Positions 1 through 12,509 of a stretch of DNA of 64,000 nt are shown here, piece after piece; position 1 is the first letter of the stretch, and every line of letters begins with the position of its first letter. Where the stretch lies: contig NW_003314327.1 of assembly GCF_000143415.4 (NCBI RefSeq), positions 644,775-708,774 of the forward strand, read 5' to 3'. Below the pieces are notes generated by a model. That model had not been told where the DNA came from. It saw only the letters and a program-made list of their open reading frames with translations, and made no database searches. Origin of the DNA: Selaginella moellendorffii (lineage: Eukaryota; Plantae; Lycopodiophyta). The position numbers and the translations under genes were made by a program.

Positions 1-1050
1 TATTTATGTAAGGACCCTTTGCTACTCGTGCGAATCCTCATCTCTTGGAAATATAGTGTCCAAACCTTCCACTACAACAGCACCAACAAAATGTTATTGA
101 CGTTAAGATCTCCATCCAGAAAATAAAGGTTGCCAATCTGGAAAATGCCGACAACTCTAATAAGTGTGATCAATTTCATCACACTCCTAGCAGCGGACAT
201 CACGTTGATAACTATGTTGTCGCTTTTGTCCTTGAACTCGGGCACCAGCAATATCAACCTTTATTGGAACAAGACCATCTCTCAGATGAAGTGGAGTTGA
301 AGGATATCTAGTGAAAAGTGGAAGAGAAAACATCTCATAACGTTGTACCAAACAAAGAGCATTGTCAAGAGTTACTAAAGCAAGTGTATGTATAAGTCTT
401 ATAAGATATTGATAAAGTGTTAGCCACAACATTCCTAATTTGATTTGTTTTAACATATTTGGCTCTGCATGAAGCAAGAGGTTTTGGAAATGAACGCTAA
501 ATTGCACTATTAACTCAAATGGCCTTGATGAAGATAATGCAATTCTTGGAAGGTATTATCACAATTGTCTATATATATAAATATGCATTGGAAAACATTT
601 GGGAGAATGCTTTAATTTGCACAGATAGTTGCGCTTAAACCATTGTACCACTATAGCACTATCTCTTGGGAAACTCATGCGAATGTCAAGTATCATCCTA
701 GAAATGATATGTGATAATCATTATAAAGTGCCCAAACCAATGGTACACATCATCTTTAGGATTCCCATAGAAAAATTTTGGTCGGATGCAAGGATTAGCA
801 TTAAGAGTAGGAAGAGATGTACCATGTGCTATGAATGTTGCCATCAATTAAATTTGATTGTTCAATTCTAAACACATAGCATGGAGCAATTGCACCAACT
901 ACTACTCAAAAGTCAAAGAAGAGGAGGCTACTACTCTATTATGAGGATGAATGAAAAGGAAAAAGCAAAAAAGAAGAAATTGAAAAAATTATAAAATAAG
1001 GGAAATTTAGATGATACAAAAGTTAGATTTAAACCAAAATACCAAAGCTG
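1..1050 (-). mobile_element. Degenerate inverted fragment (5' internal region plus gag) of Ty3/gypsy family A
   Basis: The reverse complement matches about 1400-2540 and 42300-43510. ORF 187..507 (MQFSVHFQNLLLHAEPNM...KLGMLWL) is homologous to gag ORF 1622..2344. Many stops. Right boundary approximate. Confidence 0.8.
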
Positions 1051-1172
1051 AATTTTTTTTGTGATATGTTTTATCTGATGTATCCCAGTGATAGCTTCTT
1101 CATCAATATTTAGTATAATATCATATTAAAAATTTTATTTAAACTTTAATTTGTTTTTGAAAAAATTGAATT

Positions 1173-1346
1173 TGTGAGGGCCAAGTGTATGGCTACAATG
1201 CCGTATACTAATATTAGCATAGTAGGATTTTGGTAGCCGTCGGATTAGTTTCAATCTGGACCACTCGCTCTTGTATATAAGCTAGGGTTTTTGGGCTAAT
1301 TGATATGCACATTTCTGTATTCCCTTTCATATTCCATACACTAACA
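1173..1346 (+). repeat. 5' LTR, family A (174 bp)
   Basis: TGTGAGGGCC...CACTAACA. About 15 substitutions (almost all transitions) and 1 indel relative to the 3' LTR. Confidence 0.95.
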
Positions 1347-1347
1347 T

Positions 1348-1363
1348 TGGTGGAGGTGAGGGG
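1348..1363 (+). promoter_or_regulatory. Primer binding site, tRNA-Ala-like
   Basis: TGGTGGAGGTGAGGGG starts 1 nt after the LTR and is complementary to a ...CUCCACCA 3' end typical of tRNA-Ala. Confidence 0.7.
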
Positions 1364-1621
1364 CACTTTTAGTTGTCCCCGGGGAGTGCTTGGATTTGGG
1401 ATTTCGATTTAAATCTAGCTTTTGCATCGTCTAGATCTAGCTTTTTCTATTTCCTTTCATTTGTTCTTTCCTTTCAGGATTTTGGTTTAGATCTAGCTTT
1501 TTGCATTGTCTAGATCTACTATTTCCTTCCAGCTTTTTGTCATTTCTCTTCTTTTGCTCTTTCTTTTTCGTTCATATTCATAGCAGATCAGCAATCTCCT
1601 CCTTTGACTTTAGAGCAGTAG

Positions 1622-3352
1622 TTGATTCAATTGCTTGATGCTATGCACTTGCAATTAACCAACCAAACTCAATTGATGGTGGCATTCACGGCATATGGTC
1701 TAACTTCTCCTGCTCTTGGTGCCAATCCTCGCGTTCGGCTGGAGTTCTTTCGTGGGAATCCTGGGAATGATGTGTACCATTGGTTTGATCACTTCACAGT
1801 GATTGCTATATATCATTATTGGGATGATGCTCGATGTTTGCATGAGTTCCCCATGTGTCTCCAAGGGACGGCATTGCAGTGGTACAACGGATTGAGCACA
1901 GCCACTTGTGGGGATTGGAGTGTTCTTCTAGATGTCTTCAAATGCGTCTTCGAACATGCTGACGATTGTGATGATGCCTTCCAACAATTGCATTATCTTC
2001 GCCAAGGGCTATCTGAGTCAGTGATGCAATTTGGCATTCATTTCCAAAGTTTTTTGCTTCGTGCGGAGCCCAATATGTCAGAGCGGATCAAGCTAGGAAT
2101 GTTGTGGCTAGCACTTCATCAAGATTTTGTCGGACTCGTGCATGCACTTGCTCTTACCACCCTTGACGATGCTCTTTGCTTGGCACAACGTTATGAGACG
2201 TTGCCCCTTCCACTTCTCGTTGCACGTCCTTCAGCTCCACTTCCTATAAGTGATGGTCCTGTTCCAATGGAGGTTGATGCTGCTGCTACTCAAGTCCAAG
2301 GCCAAGGACAAGGACGTGGTCGTGGCCGTGATATTTGTTGTTAGGCATGTGATGAAATTGGTTATACTTATCGGCGTTGTTGGCGCTTTCCGGATTGGCA
2401 ACCTCCATTTCCTGGGTGAAGACCTTGGCATCAGCAACATCCCATTGGTGCTGCTGTGGTGGAAGGTTTGGACACCGAGGTGCATCTGGAAAACAAGGAG
2501 TCACGGGAGTAACAGAGGGACCTTGCGCGAATAAGTTAATGACCCCTCTATCTTTCTTTCGGGAGTATCATTAAGGGGTTCACTCAGCACCGATTCATCC
2601 AGTGTTTACTTTCCAAGCTCGTTTTTATAACAAGAGGTCTCCTATTATTCTCTCTGTGTTGGTTGATACAGGTTTGAATTTATCTTCAATTGCTCGACCT
2701 GTTGCCACACGTTGTCGTCTACACTTGCATCGTGCGGCGGATCCAGTTTTCATTCTTTATGGCAATGGCCGTACACATGCATGTGCACGGGATGAGGCGG
2801 ACCTGGTTGTGCATGTGGGTGATCTCGAGCTTAAGTTGTAGTCATTGCGGGTGGTGCCGAGTCAAGCTTTTGACCTCATTCTTGGTATGGATTGATTGCA
2901 GCGCCATCATGCTAAGTGTGACTTTGAGGCTTCTCCCCCTTGTCTCATACTTTCTTATGTTTCATCCATTCGTCTCACTTTCGTACCTCTTCGTCCCTCT
3001 ACTTTTACCTCTGCTTCCATTACTTTTGTTCCCCCACTATTTCCTCCTGTGTTTCCATCTTGTTCTGCTCTTCCCTTTTCCGATCACTCCGATGATCTTT
3101 GTGTTGCAACTGTTGACCGGCTCATCAAGGAGTATTCTAATCTCTTTGAATTTGACCTATCATCTGGGGCCAAGATTGCCACACATCATCCGATTCCCAC
3201 CAGGGATGCTCGTCCAATCAAGGTTCCTGTTTGTCGTCAGTCACCCAAGGAAATCAAAATTTTACATGCAAACGTCAAGGAGATGTTGGAGAAGGGTGTT
3301 ATTTGGAAGTCGCGGAGTCCTTGGGCATGTGAACCTCATCTTATGACAAAAC
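1622..3352 (+). pseudogene. gag, aspartic protease and RT N-terminus of family A (stops and frameshifts)
   Basis: Retrotransposon gag-like LQGTALQWY, protease motif VLVDTG near 2660, RT start MLEKGVIWKSRSPWA. Confidence 0.9.
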
Positions 3353-4047
3353 TGTGAGATACAAAATCCCTAAGCCCCAAAGTGGAGCCGGAAGGGTGCC
3401 ATATGGTGGTGGCCGAAGCGAAAACCAAACGAGCATAACACATTTGGACTAAAAAGCTCCGACTCGAAAAAGGTCGAGAGTGGGAGTGGAACTCCTAACG
3501 AGGTGCTCGAGGAACAAGCACGAAGTGAGCAATAAGCAAGGCTCCAAAAAGGGACCCAAAAAGGACCAACACATGACACGTGGAAGTGTCCGAGATGGAC
3601 CCGAGATGGACCCGAGATGGAGTCCGAGATGGACCTGAGATGGACCCGAGATGGAGTCCGAGATGGAGTCCGAGATGGACCCGAGATGGAGTCCGAGATG
3701 GACCTGAGATGGAGTCCGAGATGGAGTCCAAGATGGACCCGAGATGGAGTCTGAGATGGACCCAAAATGGAGTCCGAGATGGAGTCCGAAATGGACCCGA
3801 GATGGAGTCTAAGATGAAGTCCGAGATGGACCCGAGATGGAATTCGAGATGGACACGACATGGACCCGAGATGGAGTTCGAGATGGAACCGAGACCAAGA
3901 CCGAGGCCGAGACCGAGACCGAGACCGAGACCGAGTCCGAGTCCGAAACCGGGACCGAGACCGAGTCCGAGTCTAAGTTCGAGCCTGAGTCCGAGTTCGA
4001 ATACTAATACAGGTAGTTGGGTGAAAGCCCAAAGCAATCGTCCCCTA

Positions 4048-4078
<31 letters not shown>

Positions 4079-5082
4079 CTACGGGGGGTTCCAAAAGTAT
4101 AGTAGGGAGAGTGTGGGGGTTGGAGCCCAGTGGAGCCAGTTTGGCCAGGAAGAGCCAGTTTGGCCCAGGAAAGGCCAGTTTGGCCTAAGAAAGGCCAATT
4201 TGGCCCAGGAAGGCCATTCCTAGTGTTGGGTGATGAACTGACTACTAGGAAGTCCAAGACTAGAGTGAATACGGACCGACAAACAGGGTAGCTTGGTGAA
4301 GTGTTCAAGAGCTGGCTCTAGTTCCCCCAAGAGATCGAATGGTCGATGCTCCCAGTCCAAGTGTGGGTGGCACTACCCACTTGGATACTTGGTGTGGCTC
4401 AATGGAACCTCGCTTTAAGCCCATGGTTAGAGCACCCAAAGGCGAAAGGCGGGGAGAGTACCCATGAGGCCCGCGTAGGGCCACAATGTTCCGAAATGTT
4501 GTCCCAAAGGCCCAGACTGTGGAAAGGAAGAGGAGTAGTCCTCTGGTGTAGTGACCAAGGATACAGTTGAGTGGTGAGAAAGCCCCAGAGGACCGTGGGA
4601 CTTAGTGGTCGGGCCTATGGGCCTCGATCCAATGGCAGTGTTGGCGAACACGGCCATGGGCAGAAAGGGACTTAGTGAAGACCGGAAAAGGGACATTGGG
4701 GAAGGTTATTCCCCATGTCTATGGGCATCCTAAGGATGCTAAGAAGTGGATCTGGAATGATCACTCATGGACGGATGGCCCAGTCCTTGAGAGATGGGAC
4801 TATGATGCAGGTGGTGTTAGACCACTGGTGTGACCAAGGTAAAGGGGCATGGCCTTAGCATAACAGGCTGATAGGTCAGTGGTACCTTGGGGTGTCGATC
4901 ATGGGATCGGACACGTGGAGCACTTGGATCAAGTGCAAAGGTTGAGTGGCGGGGATGCCATTCTCGGGGCTAGCAAGCCCAAGTCTGAAATAGGACTTAT
5001 GGAGGTCGTGAGTGAGACTCCTCCAAGTGGTTGGAGGTGTGGTTAAGTAAATAAAGTAAAATGGAAAATTTAATCGTTTATA
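3353..5082 (+). mobile_element. Solo LTR, family B (copy 1), inserted in RT
   Basis: Starts TGTGAGAT and ends CGTTTATA (family consensus CGCTTACA). TSD AAAAC/GAAAC. RT resumes as KPDGSIHFCINYR. Contains tandem arrays and a poly-G run near 4048-4078. Confidence 0.9.
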
Positions 5083-5087
5083 GAAAC

Positions 5088-5273
5088 CTGATGGGAGTAT
5101 TCATTTTTGCATCAACTATCGTCTGTTAAACGAAGTGACAATCCCGGATGTATACCCTCTTCCTCACACTGCTGATCTCTTGGATCATCTGGGGCGAAGT
5201 CGTTGGTTCACCAAACTAGATCTTGCTTCTGGGTATTGGCAAGTACCGATGGCTGAAGAAGATATTCCTAAGA
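5088..5273 (+). pseudogene. RT fragment of family A between insertions
   Basis: Translates ...DVYPLPHTADLLDHLGRSRWFTKLDLASGYWQVPMAEEDIPK. Confidence 0.92.
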
Positions 5274-5933
5274 AAGCTCTATTTCGTTAAAGTGGGATTT
5301 ATTCAGTAAAATGGGACTAGGTACAAATTTTCAAGTATTTGAAAATGACGTGAAATTATATGTTTTTTGTCCAGGGGCTAGACATATCTGGGGCATGGTG
5401 ACTAGTGCGGTGACCTTATGTCCAGACTGAGTCCATCTAGTTGTATAATAAATCTCATTGTCAAGGTGAACAAGCCGAATCTGAAGCTAAAGAAGAGCGA
5501 TGGCATGCGCGCACACACTATTTGTTTGTTCATTGAGCGTGTGGTGAGCTTTCCAAGATGAACATCATTCCTATTAGCCAGACATATAACTTAATGGTGA
5601 GAACATTTAGATATTATTCAATGTTATCTTTTTCTAACGAATCTAATTGTGAAGGTGTAGCAAGAGGCATTGCTAGTCTGGAGAAGTCATTTAACTCATT
5701 TGACCCTTAGTGTATTTTCATGAAACTAAATAACATTCATATTATTAAGGAATTTCTCTAGTACCTTTTTTTTACGACATAGAGGCTTGCATTTCTTTCA
5801 AAGGTGATTTAGTAAAAGGCCTGAGGGCACATGCCATTCTATTTCTCAGACCGGTATTAAGATATACTAGTGCAAAGGGAAAAAGGTATTTGGTGATCAA
5901 GTAAATGGCATGAGGGCACACGCCATTATAAGC

Positions 5934-6191
5934 CTAAGCGCTAGTGGACACCTCCTTTTTGGTACTCTCAGCGGTACTATCATCCTTCTCCGGGTCAGTT
6001 GTTTTGCTTTGGATTGTTGTCTCTGACGTTACTGGGGCGTTCTCGATAGTTGTTAATGTTGCCGTTTGTTCAGAAAAATGATCACCTGGAGTATAGTACG
6101 GGGAGTTTGGAAGACTTATATATTCTACATCTTCACCTATCTCCTTCTCCGTCTCCTTTTCTACCTCACTTACAGATTTTGTGCTTGCCAT
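5934..6191 (-). CDS. Small transposon-borne ORF of unknown function (about 85 aa)
   Basis: MASTKS...YISLPNSPYYT...NAPVTSETTIQSK...DSTAESTKK is homologous to ORF 32729..32974. Confidence 0.55.
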   Translation of the reverse strand: MASTKSVSEVEKETEKEIGEDVEYISLPNSPYYTPGDHFSEQTATLTTIENAPVTSETTIQSKTTDPEKDDSTAESTKKEVSTSA

Positions 6192-6406
6192 GAGAACGCT
6201 CTTCACCCTAAAATATGGAGTTCGTTGTGTTATAAAAGGAAACCAACACACACACTGCAAGGGAATGATGGTACATAAAGCACGTAAGCCCACAATATGG
6301 GTTTATGTGCCATTAATATGGGCCACATGCCATATTATTAGATTTATGCACGTGTGATTGGTAAATGCATATGTCACATCATCTTTGTTTTACCTCACAC
6401 ACTATA

Positions 6407-9400
6407 TCAAGCCTCCTCTGATTCAGATTCGGATTGTTCACCTTGAAATAAAATACATTAGAAACTTAGTAAAGGAATATTAATGAATCTCACCTTGAAC
6501 CCGGGTTATGAATGCTCTTGCTGCATCTCTTGCATGGTCTGGCAAGGTGATGGTGGTACTCTGCTTCCGCATCCAACCATGCACAACATTATCCACCGAT
6601 ATGCTCATGCTGGGATCCCTTGGATTCAGCACCCATCTCTTTTCTAGGCAATCCTTCGTATATCCGGAACTTGGCTTGAACCACTCCACAGTTACATTGA
6701 AGGAGTTAGTTTCCGCGTCCTCCTCTGCATCAGTGATGCAGCGCCCCACCCATATCATTTGTTTTTTATTACTGGGTCTGACAAGCACGACCATTCCTTT
6801 GCAGACCTGTACTGGATTGAATGCTGAATCCGGCTTCTTGTTCCTCGGCCCACAATAGTGATCCTCAACATCGTTATCTGTCACTGCATTTCCAGAGGAC
6901 ATTGTTCCGCTACTATCTGGTGCTCTGGGTTCTGGCCAAAAGGACTCTTCCAATTCTTCATATACAACCGGCCCATTTTGGATAGCAGATATAATCTTCT
7001 CCCAGTATTCGAGCAAAGGCTTGCACCTCTGAAAATAGGATTCTCCACCAAACACCAACCCCCTCTTCCAGAAGGCAATATGCTGTCTAATCCCGGCCAC
7101 TATACTTTCCTGGTCTTTGAGTCCATCCGGGTGCATCGGCCGTGGGGAACCCTGAGGAATCATAGGTTCCCTAGTTATGGGATCTCTCTTGAAGAGTTCA
7201 ATGCCGTCCACTGGCAGCCACACTGTGTCCCATTCTCTCATCTTGTACCTCATCACTGGAGCACCGTCACACATGCTGAAATGAAACTGAAGAGGCTTGG
7301 AGTGGCCAATCAGCGTTTCGGATCCATCCCTGATGTAGCCTCTTACAAACCCCTTAAAGTCTGGAACCTCTGTCAGAAGTGCAGCTTCAACAGTGCCTTT
7401 GATGCAATTTTGGAATTCATCGTAGAGTTGTGGGAGGGTGAGGACATTGGATCGCCGGAGGGACTCTGCCAGGTGACTGAACATGGCATCGACGTCTTCA
7501 TGAGTGTGCCCAACCATGAGAAAGCCAAGTGTAACCGTTTCAAATATGCCTTTGGCAACAAGCATCGCCAAGTACGCGAAGACGTACATGTTTTTGTTCT
7601 CACTGCCAGCATTGTCTGTTTGGAGCAGAAGATGGGGTGGAAGGCCACATCGGCCGCAAGAACTTCCTTGAGATTCTGTTTTGTTTGGATGAGGCTGTGC
7701 ATTCACCGGGCGACCAGCCTCGTCGGAATGGCATGAGGCCGCACGTGATAACCCTACAATCTGACGGCCAACATATTCACTGGGATGGCATGGGGCCCCA
7801 TGCGATACTGCAAGCCTTTGCTCCTCCTCCAGCTGAACCCTGTATGGGGTTCGATCGACAAGGGCCTTATGCAAGGGTTGGCCGTTCAGCTCAGTCTGCG
7901 CACTTTGCAGAGACCTTAAGTGTTTTGCTAGGGACGCAATCATCATGTTTGCACCCCCGCCACCCCATAGAGGTACAAAGAAGTTCCCATAGTTCTGGGC
8001 ACCATGCCCATGAGCGATTATGCCAAACAGAGACACAGGCAGCTGCATGGATGAAGAGATTGCCTTGGGGGCAGGATTGAGTCGAGGTAAGCACGTCTTT
8101 TTCTGGTCCATTTTGTCGTGGATGATGCAGAGGTAAGAGTCAGGTCTCTCCATGGAGAGAATCCTGTTATGATAATATGCAGTCCTGCAGCTTCTCTGCT
8201 CGATGTTGTGGTCGAGCCGCCTTCTAACCAACGTCTCTCGCTCTTGAGCGCTGCAAGAATTCTTCGACAAAGCCATTTTGATAGCAGTGCACTCGTCACA
8301 CTTTGAAAAGCTGGAGTACTTTCCTATACTCACATCCCTGAACCTGTTGCTCCACAATCTACTAAATCTAGATTGGCTCAGCTTCCTGTAGCCATTACTC
8401 TGGAGTTCCCGATTCACATCTTCCAATATGGCCCCCTTGGTATACATGGAAGGGAGAACTCGTTGGGTGTCTCGTGTTCCATCTTCCAAGAGGCGGGTTT
8501 TATGTGGTTGCTGCTCGCTACATGTCTCGACAAACCTCTTGAAGATTGCCTCTCCATATACAACATGACCCCTGGTTTTGTGCGTACCGTCGTTCCCATG
8601 GACTGCCTGTTGAACCCTTTGTTCCTCGAACTCAGTTTTGATTCTGTAGAATGTGGTTCGAGGGACTCCATAAATGATTCTCCATGCCTTCATGCAGACC
8701 AAACCCCTCTAGAAGACCATGCCCCCCACCTGATGTTCTGAAGCATCAATAGATGACCGTAATGCCTCATACACAAAATTGCGAGCTGCCTTCCAGGACA
8801 ATGTCTTGTATCTTGCTCTCTCCTCTTCAATAGCATCCCAATCAGCATGTTGACAGCACCTCCTCTTGCAACAAGCAACTGTCGAGACCATTCGAACCTC
8901 CATCGCCATTTTCTGCCTTTTCGGTTCGTTGCTCAGATCCCTTTGGCTGCGCTTTAGGAAGGTGTACTTTCTTTTCCCATGAAGAGATGTTCTGTCATCA
9001 GTTGTAGTGGTGTTTGATTGTGAATCCTTCACATTCTCAAACACTAAGTGCCTCAATTTCCACCGCACAATGCTTCCAATAGTCAGACTGTTTTCTTCTG
9101 TGTCAACAACCTCTAAAATCGCAACTCCAATATCATCCCAGCCCAATTCTTGATTAGCAACCGCATCTCTTGGATCGACAACTGTGGCTAAGCCCTCAGC
9201 TACCACCTCCCCCTCGGGGTTGTTTAGAAACACTTTTGCCTGAATCCATGTAGCACGGTTCTTAAGATCCACGGAGGGAACATGCGTCGCACTTGCGCTG
9301 TCCCCAACATCTGCTTTCTTCTGAAGATTTTTCAAGGCAACAACAACATTTACCCCGACGACCATCTCTCCTCGTTCAATAGCGACCACATTCCCATCGA

Positions 9401-9548
9401 AGACAGTCTCTACTGATACAGCAGCATTGCCTTCCCCAAGCCTTTCACAGTGTATAACAAAGTTCCGATCTATAGACACAAGGGTCCCTTTTGCAACTCT
9501 CTTCCCACCATTCAAAATGTAAACCTTTTCCCCAACCCTGAAGGCCAT
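6407..9548 (-). CDS. Sola1-like DDD transposase of about 1020 aa with one in-frame TAG at 8709-8711
   Basis: ORFs 8709..9548 and 6480..8702 share a frame. Motifs CDEC, HDKMDQ, QTDNAGSENKN and FLMVGHTHEDVDAMFS. Probable short last exon EQSESESEEA* near 6407-6442. Confidence 0.85.
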
Positions 9549-10879
9549 TCTGAAAGTGCAGAAAAGAAGTTAAGACCATACAAAAAATGATTGGAGAATG
9601 GCCTAAATCATAACATACCAAACAACCTCAATAGCATGAGGCCACATACCATTATTCAAACATGCTATTGACACCCACGTGAAATTTCGCATTCACAAAA
9701 TTGGCATGAGGCCTCATGCCATCTTGATATACACACAGCTGCAGGCAAGTAAAAACATACATGACAATACGCTAGCCATGAAATTGCAAGGGCCCAAGAT
9801 GGCATGTGGCCTCATGCCATTTCTAAATGTGGTCCTAAGCCATTCCATGGTGAACATACCAGGAAGCACAAGTGCCGAATATCAAGAGGAAGCGGTAGCC
9901 ACACCAAAGACAGTGCCGCTCGCAACACCGCAACTACTCGTAGCGCCGCTCGCAACACCGCAACTGCTCGTAGCGCCGCTCGCACAAACTGCCACTCACA
10001 TAAACTGCCGCTCGCAATGGCGCTCGCAATGCCGCAACCGCTCGTAGACGCATAAACCACAGCCCACAACGCCGCTTACACAAGCAGCGCTCACTGCGCT
10101 CAGCGGAACCAAGAACACGGCGCACAAAAATGATAGACCTAGGAATGAGTTCGAGAATTCAAAAATAACACACGCTTGAACGTCACATCAAATCCTCTGA
10201 CAAACCAGATCTTATGACTCCTCTGACAAATTTCAAACTGAGTAGCTTCTAGACTTTGCTGTCGAAGGTTGAACTTTGTCACATCATGTCCTTGCCTCGA
10301 TCCAGCTGTGCCATGTCAGTGATTCGAACTTTGCCATGCCATGTCAGCGATCCGCGCCAAGATTATTCGCCGTGTAAAGGAATAATTATGCTGTGTGTGT
10401 ACGTCCATTTATGGCAATATAAGGCCACACGCCATTCAAAGAATAATGCTCGACATAAGGCCACACGCCATTCAAAGAATAATGCTAGTCGAGCATTTTT
10501 TGGTGCATTTTTGGGTTCAAAATTGCATGAGCCCACACGCTATAAAGTTTACCTGTACCAAAAATAGAAACAGCTTTATTTACTTGGGAATTTAAGTGGT
10601 TGAGGCATTTTTAAACTTACAAACACATGCCCTACTTACATTCCTTTGGTTGCCTAAAATTCAAAAATATTATAAACCTTTCTTTTTGCATTTTCAATGT
10701 TTTCAATTATGGTTTTTGATTTTCGTAGGACCAGCCTAGTAATCTATTTGCATCCCGTCATGTTTATAGCTAGCTTTCGTTCGTCCCCTTCGCTAGCCTG
10801 AGATACATCTGCTCGGCATCTGCCTCTTACAGCATTTGCCCAGAAAAGGCATCTTTCTTCACGCAGCATTTGCCACATG

Positions 10880-10912
10880 TTTAGGGTTTAGGGTTTAGGG
10901 TTTAGGGTTTAG
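10880..10912 (+). repeat. Interstitial plant telomeric repeat (TTTAGGG)4 plus partial unit
   Basis: tttagggtttagggtttagggtttagggtttag. Confidence 0.9.
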
Positions 10913-12509
10913 CAATTCAGTAGCTTGATAAACATGCAAATACAGAACTTGATGCAAAATCCTTTGATATGTCACAATGCCCCTAGGACCATAAACACAT
11001 TTCAATAGAGAGGGTCCTTTCATTTCATAACTCCTTACGTAGATCTTGGTGAAACCAGAGTTAGTGAAGTTGGTTTCTTGTGATTCCGCATCTGATTGTG
11101 ATGTCCCTTTGCAGTTTCGATGGAAAGGTCAATGCACACCAAACTGTAGAATCTTGGAGCAAAATAACGGTCGGATCTATGGCAAATGCCCCTGAAACAT
11201 TGTAAGGCTCGTGTGGTCTCATGTGGTGTCCGATTGAGATGCTTCTTTGCAGGGTCATCAAGAAAGACATTGTATACCATTCTGTAAAATCTAGTTGCGA
11301 TCTAACGGTTGGATCTCCAGAAAACTCAAAAAAATCTCGCGCGTGTCAGAATATCCTAGGAATATACTCCTATGTGCCCCTGAAAATGGCATGCGGCCCC
11401 ACGCCATTCAAGAGATAATGCCAGATGACGCCGAGAATTTTTTGGTGCATTTTTTGGGTTCAAAATTGCATGAGCCCACACGCTATAAAGTTTATCTTTG
11501 CCAAATAGAGAAAAGTTTATCTGTGTCATGTGAGGTAGTTACAGTCCTTTGTGCTCGGCATCTGCCTCTTGCAGCATTTGCACTGAAAGGGAATTTTTCT
11601 CCATTCAGCATTTGGCCCTGAAAATGGCATGCGCCCACACGCCATTCAAGGAATAACGCCACAGGACGCCTGGATTTTTGGGTTTAAAATGTTTAGGGTT
11701 TTTTGGGTTTTTTCAAAATATTTTGGGTCCAACGTTTTTTGGGTTTCTTTGGTTCAAAATTGCATGAGCCCACACGCTATAATATTGATTTGAGAGAAAA
11801 ATAGAAATAGATAGAATTTCTTTATTTAGCTGAACATCTGCCATTTTTGGAAATACAAGATGCTTTGGAATATCCAATCATGCATGGTATAAATATAGCA
11901 AGGGTATTAAATGATATCCCAATCATGATCTTTCTTTTGGATTTCGCGTGCATGCAGTCCGAGGAATGATGACGTTACGGATTTCTTTTGGATTTTGCGT
12001 GCTTGCATGCGCGCGGCAATCCAGAAATTAATGGTCGCGCCCAAGTCCGAGGAATGATGACGTGGCGGGATTACCAACCGTTGTGACATTTCGCGCGTGT
12101 GAGGTTAGGTTTTGCATTTTGCTTTGTACTCGCGCTCGCACACTCGCGCTCGCGCTCGCATCACACTCGCGCTCCCGCTCGCATCGCGCTCCCACTCGCG
12201 ATCACGCTCACTTCTCTACAGGTTTCTCGTGTGCATCGGCGTCCACTCGCGCTTGCATCACACTCGCGCTCGCATCGCGCTCGTGTGCATCGTCGTCCAC
12301 TTCAAGACACACCCAGTTTGTAACTTCGCCGCCAACTCCGCCGCCCACTCCACCACCCACACGCAGCCCACTTGGCGTCCCGGGAGATTTCAGCACCACT
12401 CTCCAACTGTAAGTGGCAGAGTAGCCTTGCTGCTACGATCCGCTGCACACACAGTGCACATTCGCCAGCGAGTCCGGCCTCGATTGTCACGGCCTCCATT
12501 CGGCTTCAA

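Noticed and set aside
3370-4188. Long ORFs with SISDSISG, WSPRWTRDG or RPRPRP repeats (also 18676-19873, 27660-29065, 60271-61464)
   Set aside because: They are translations of stop-free tandem repeats inside LTRs, open in many frames.
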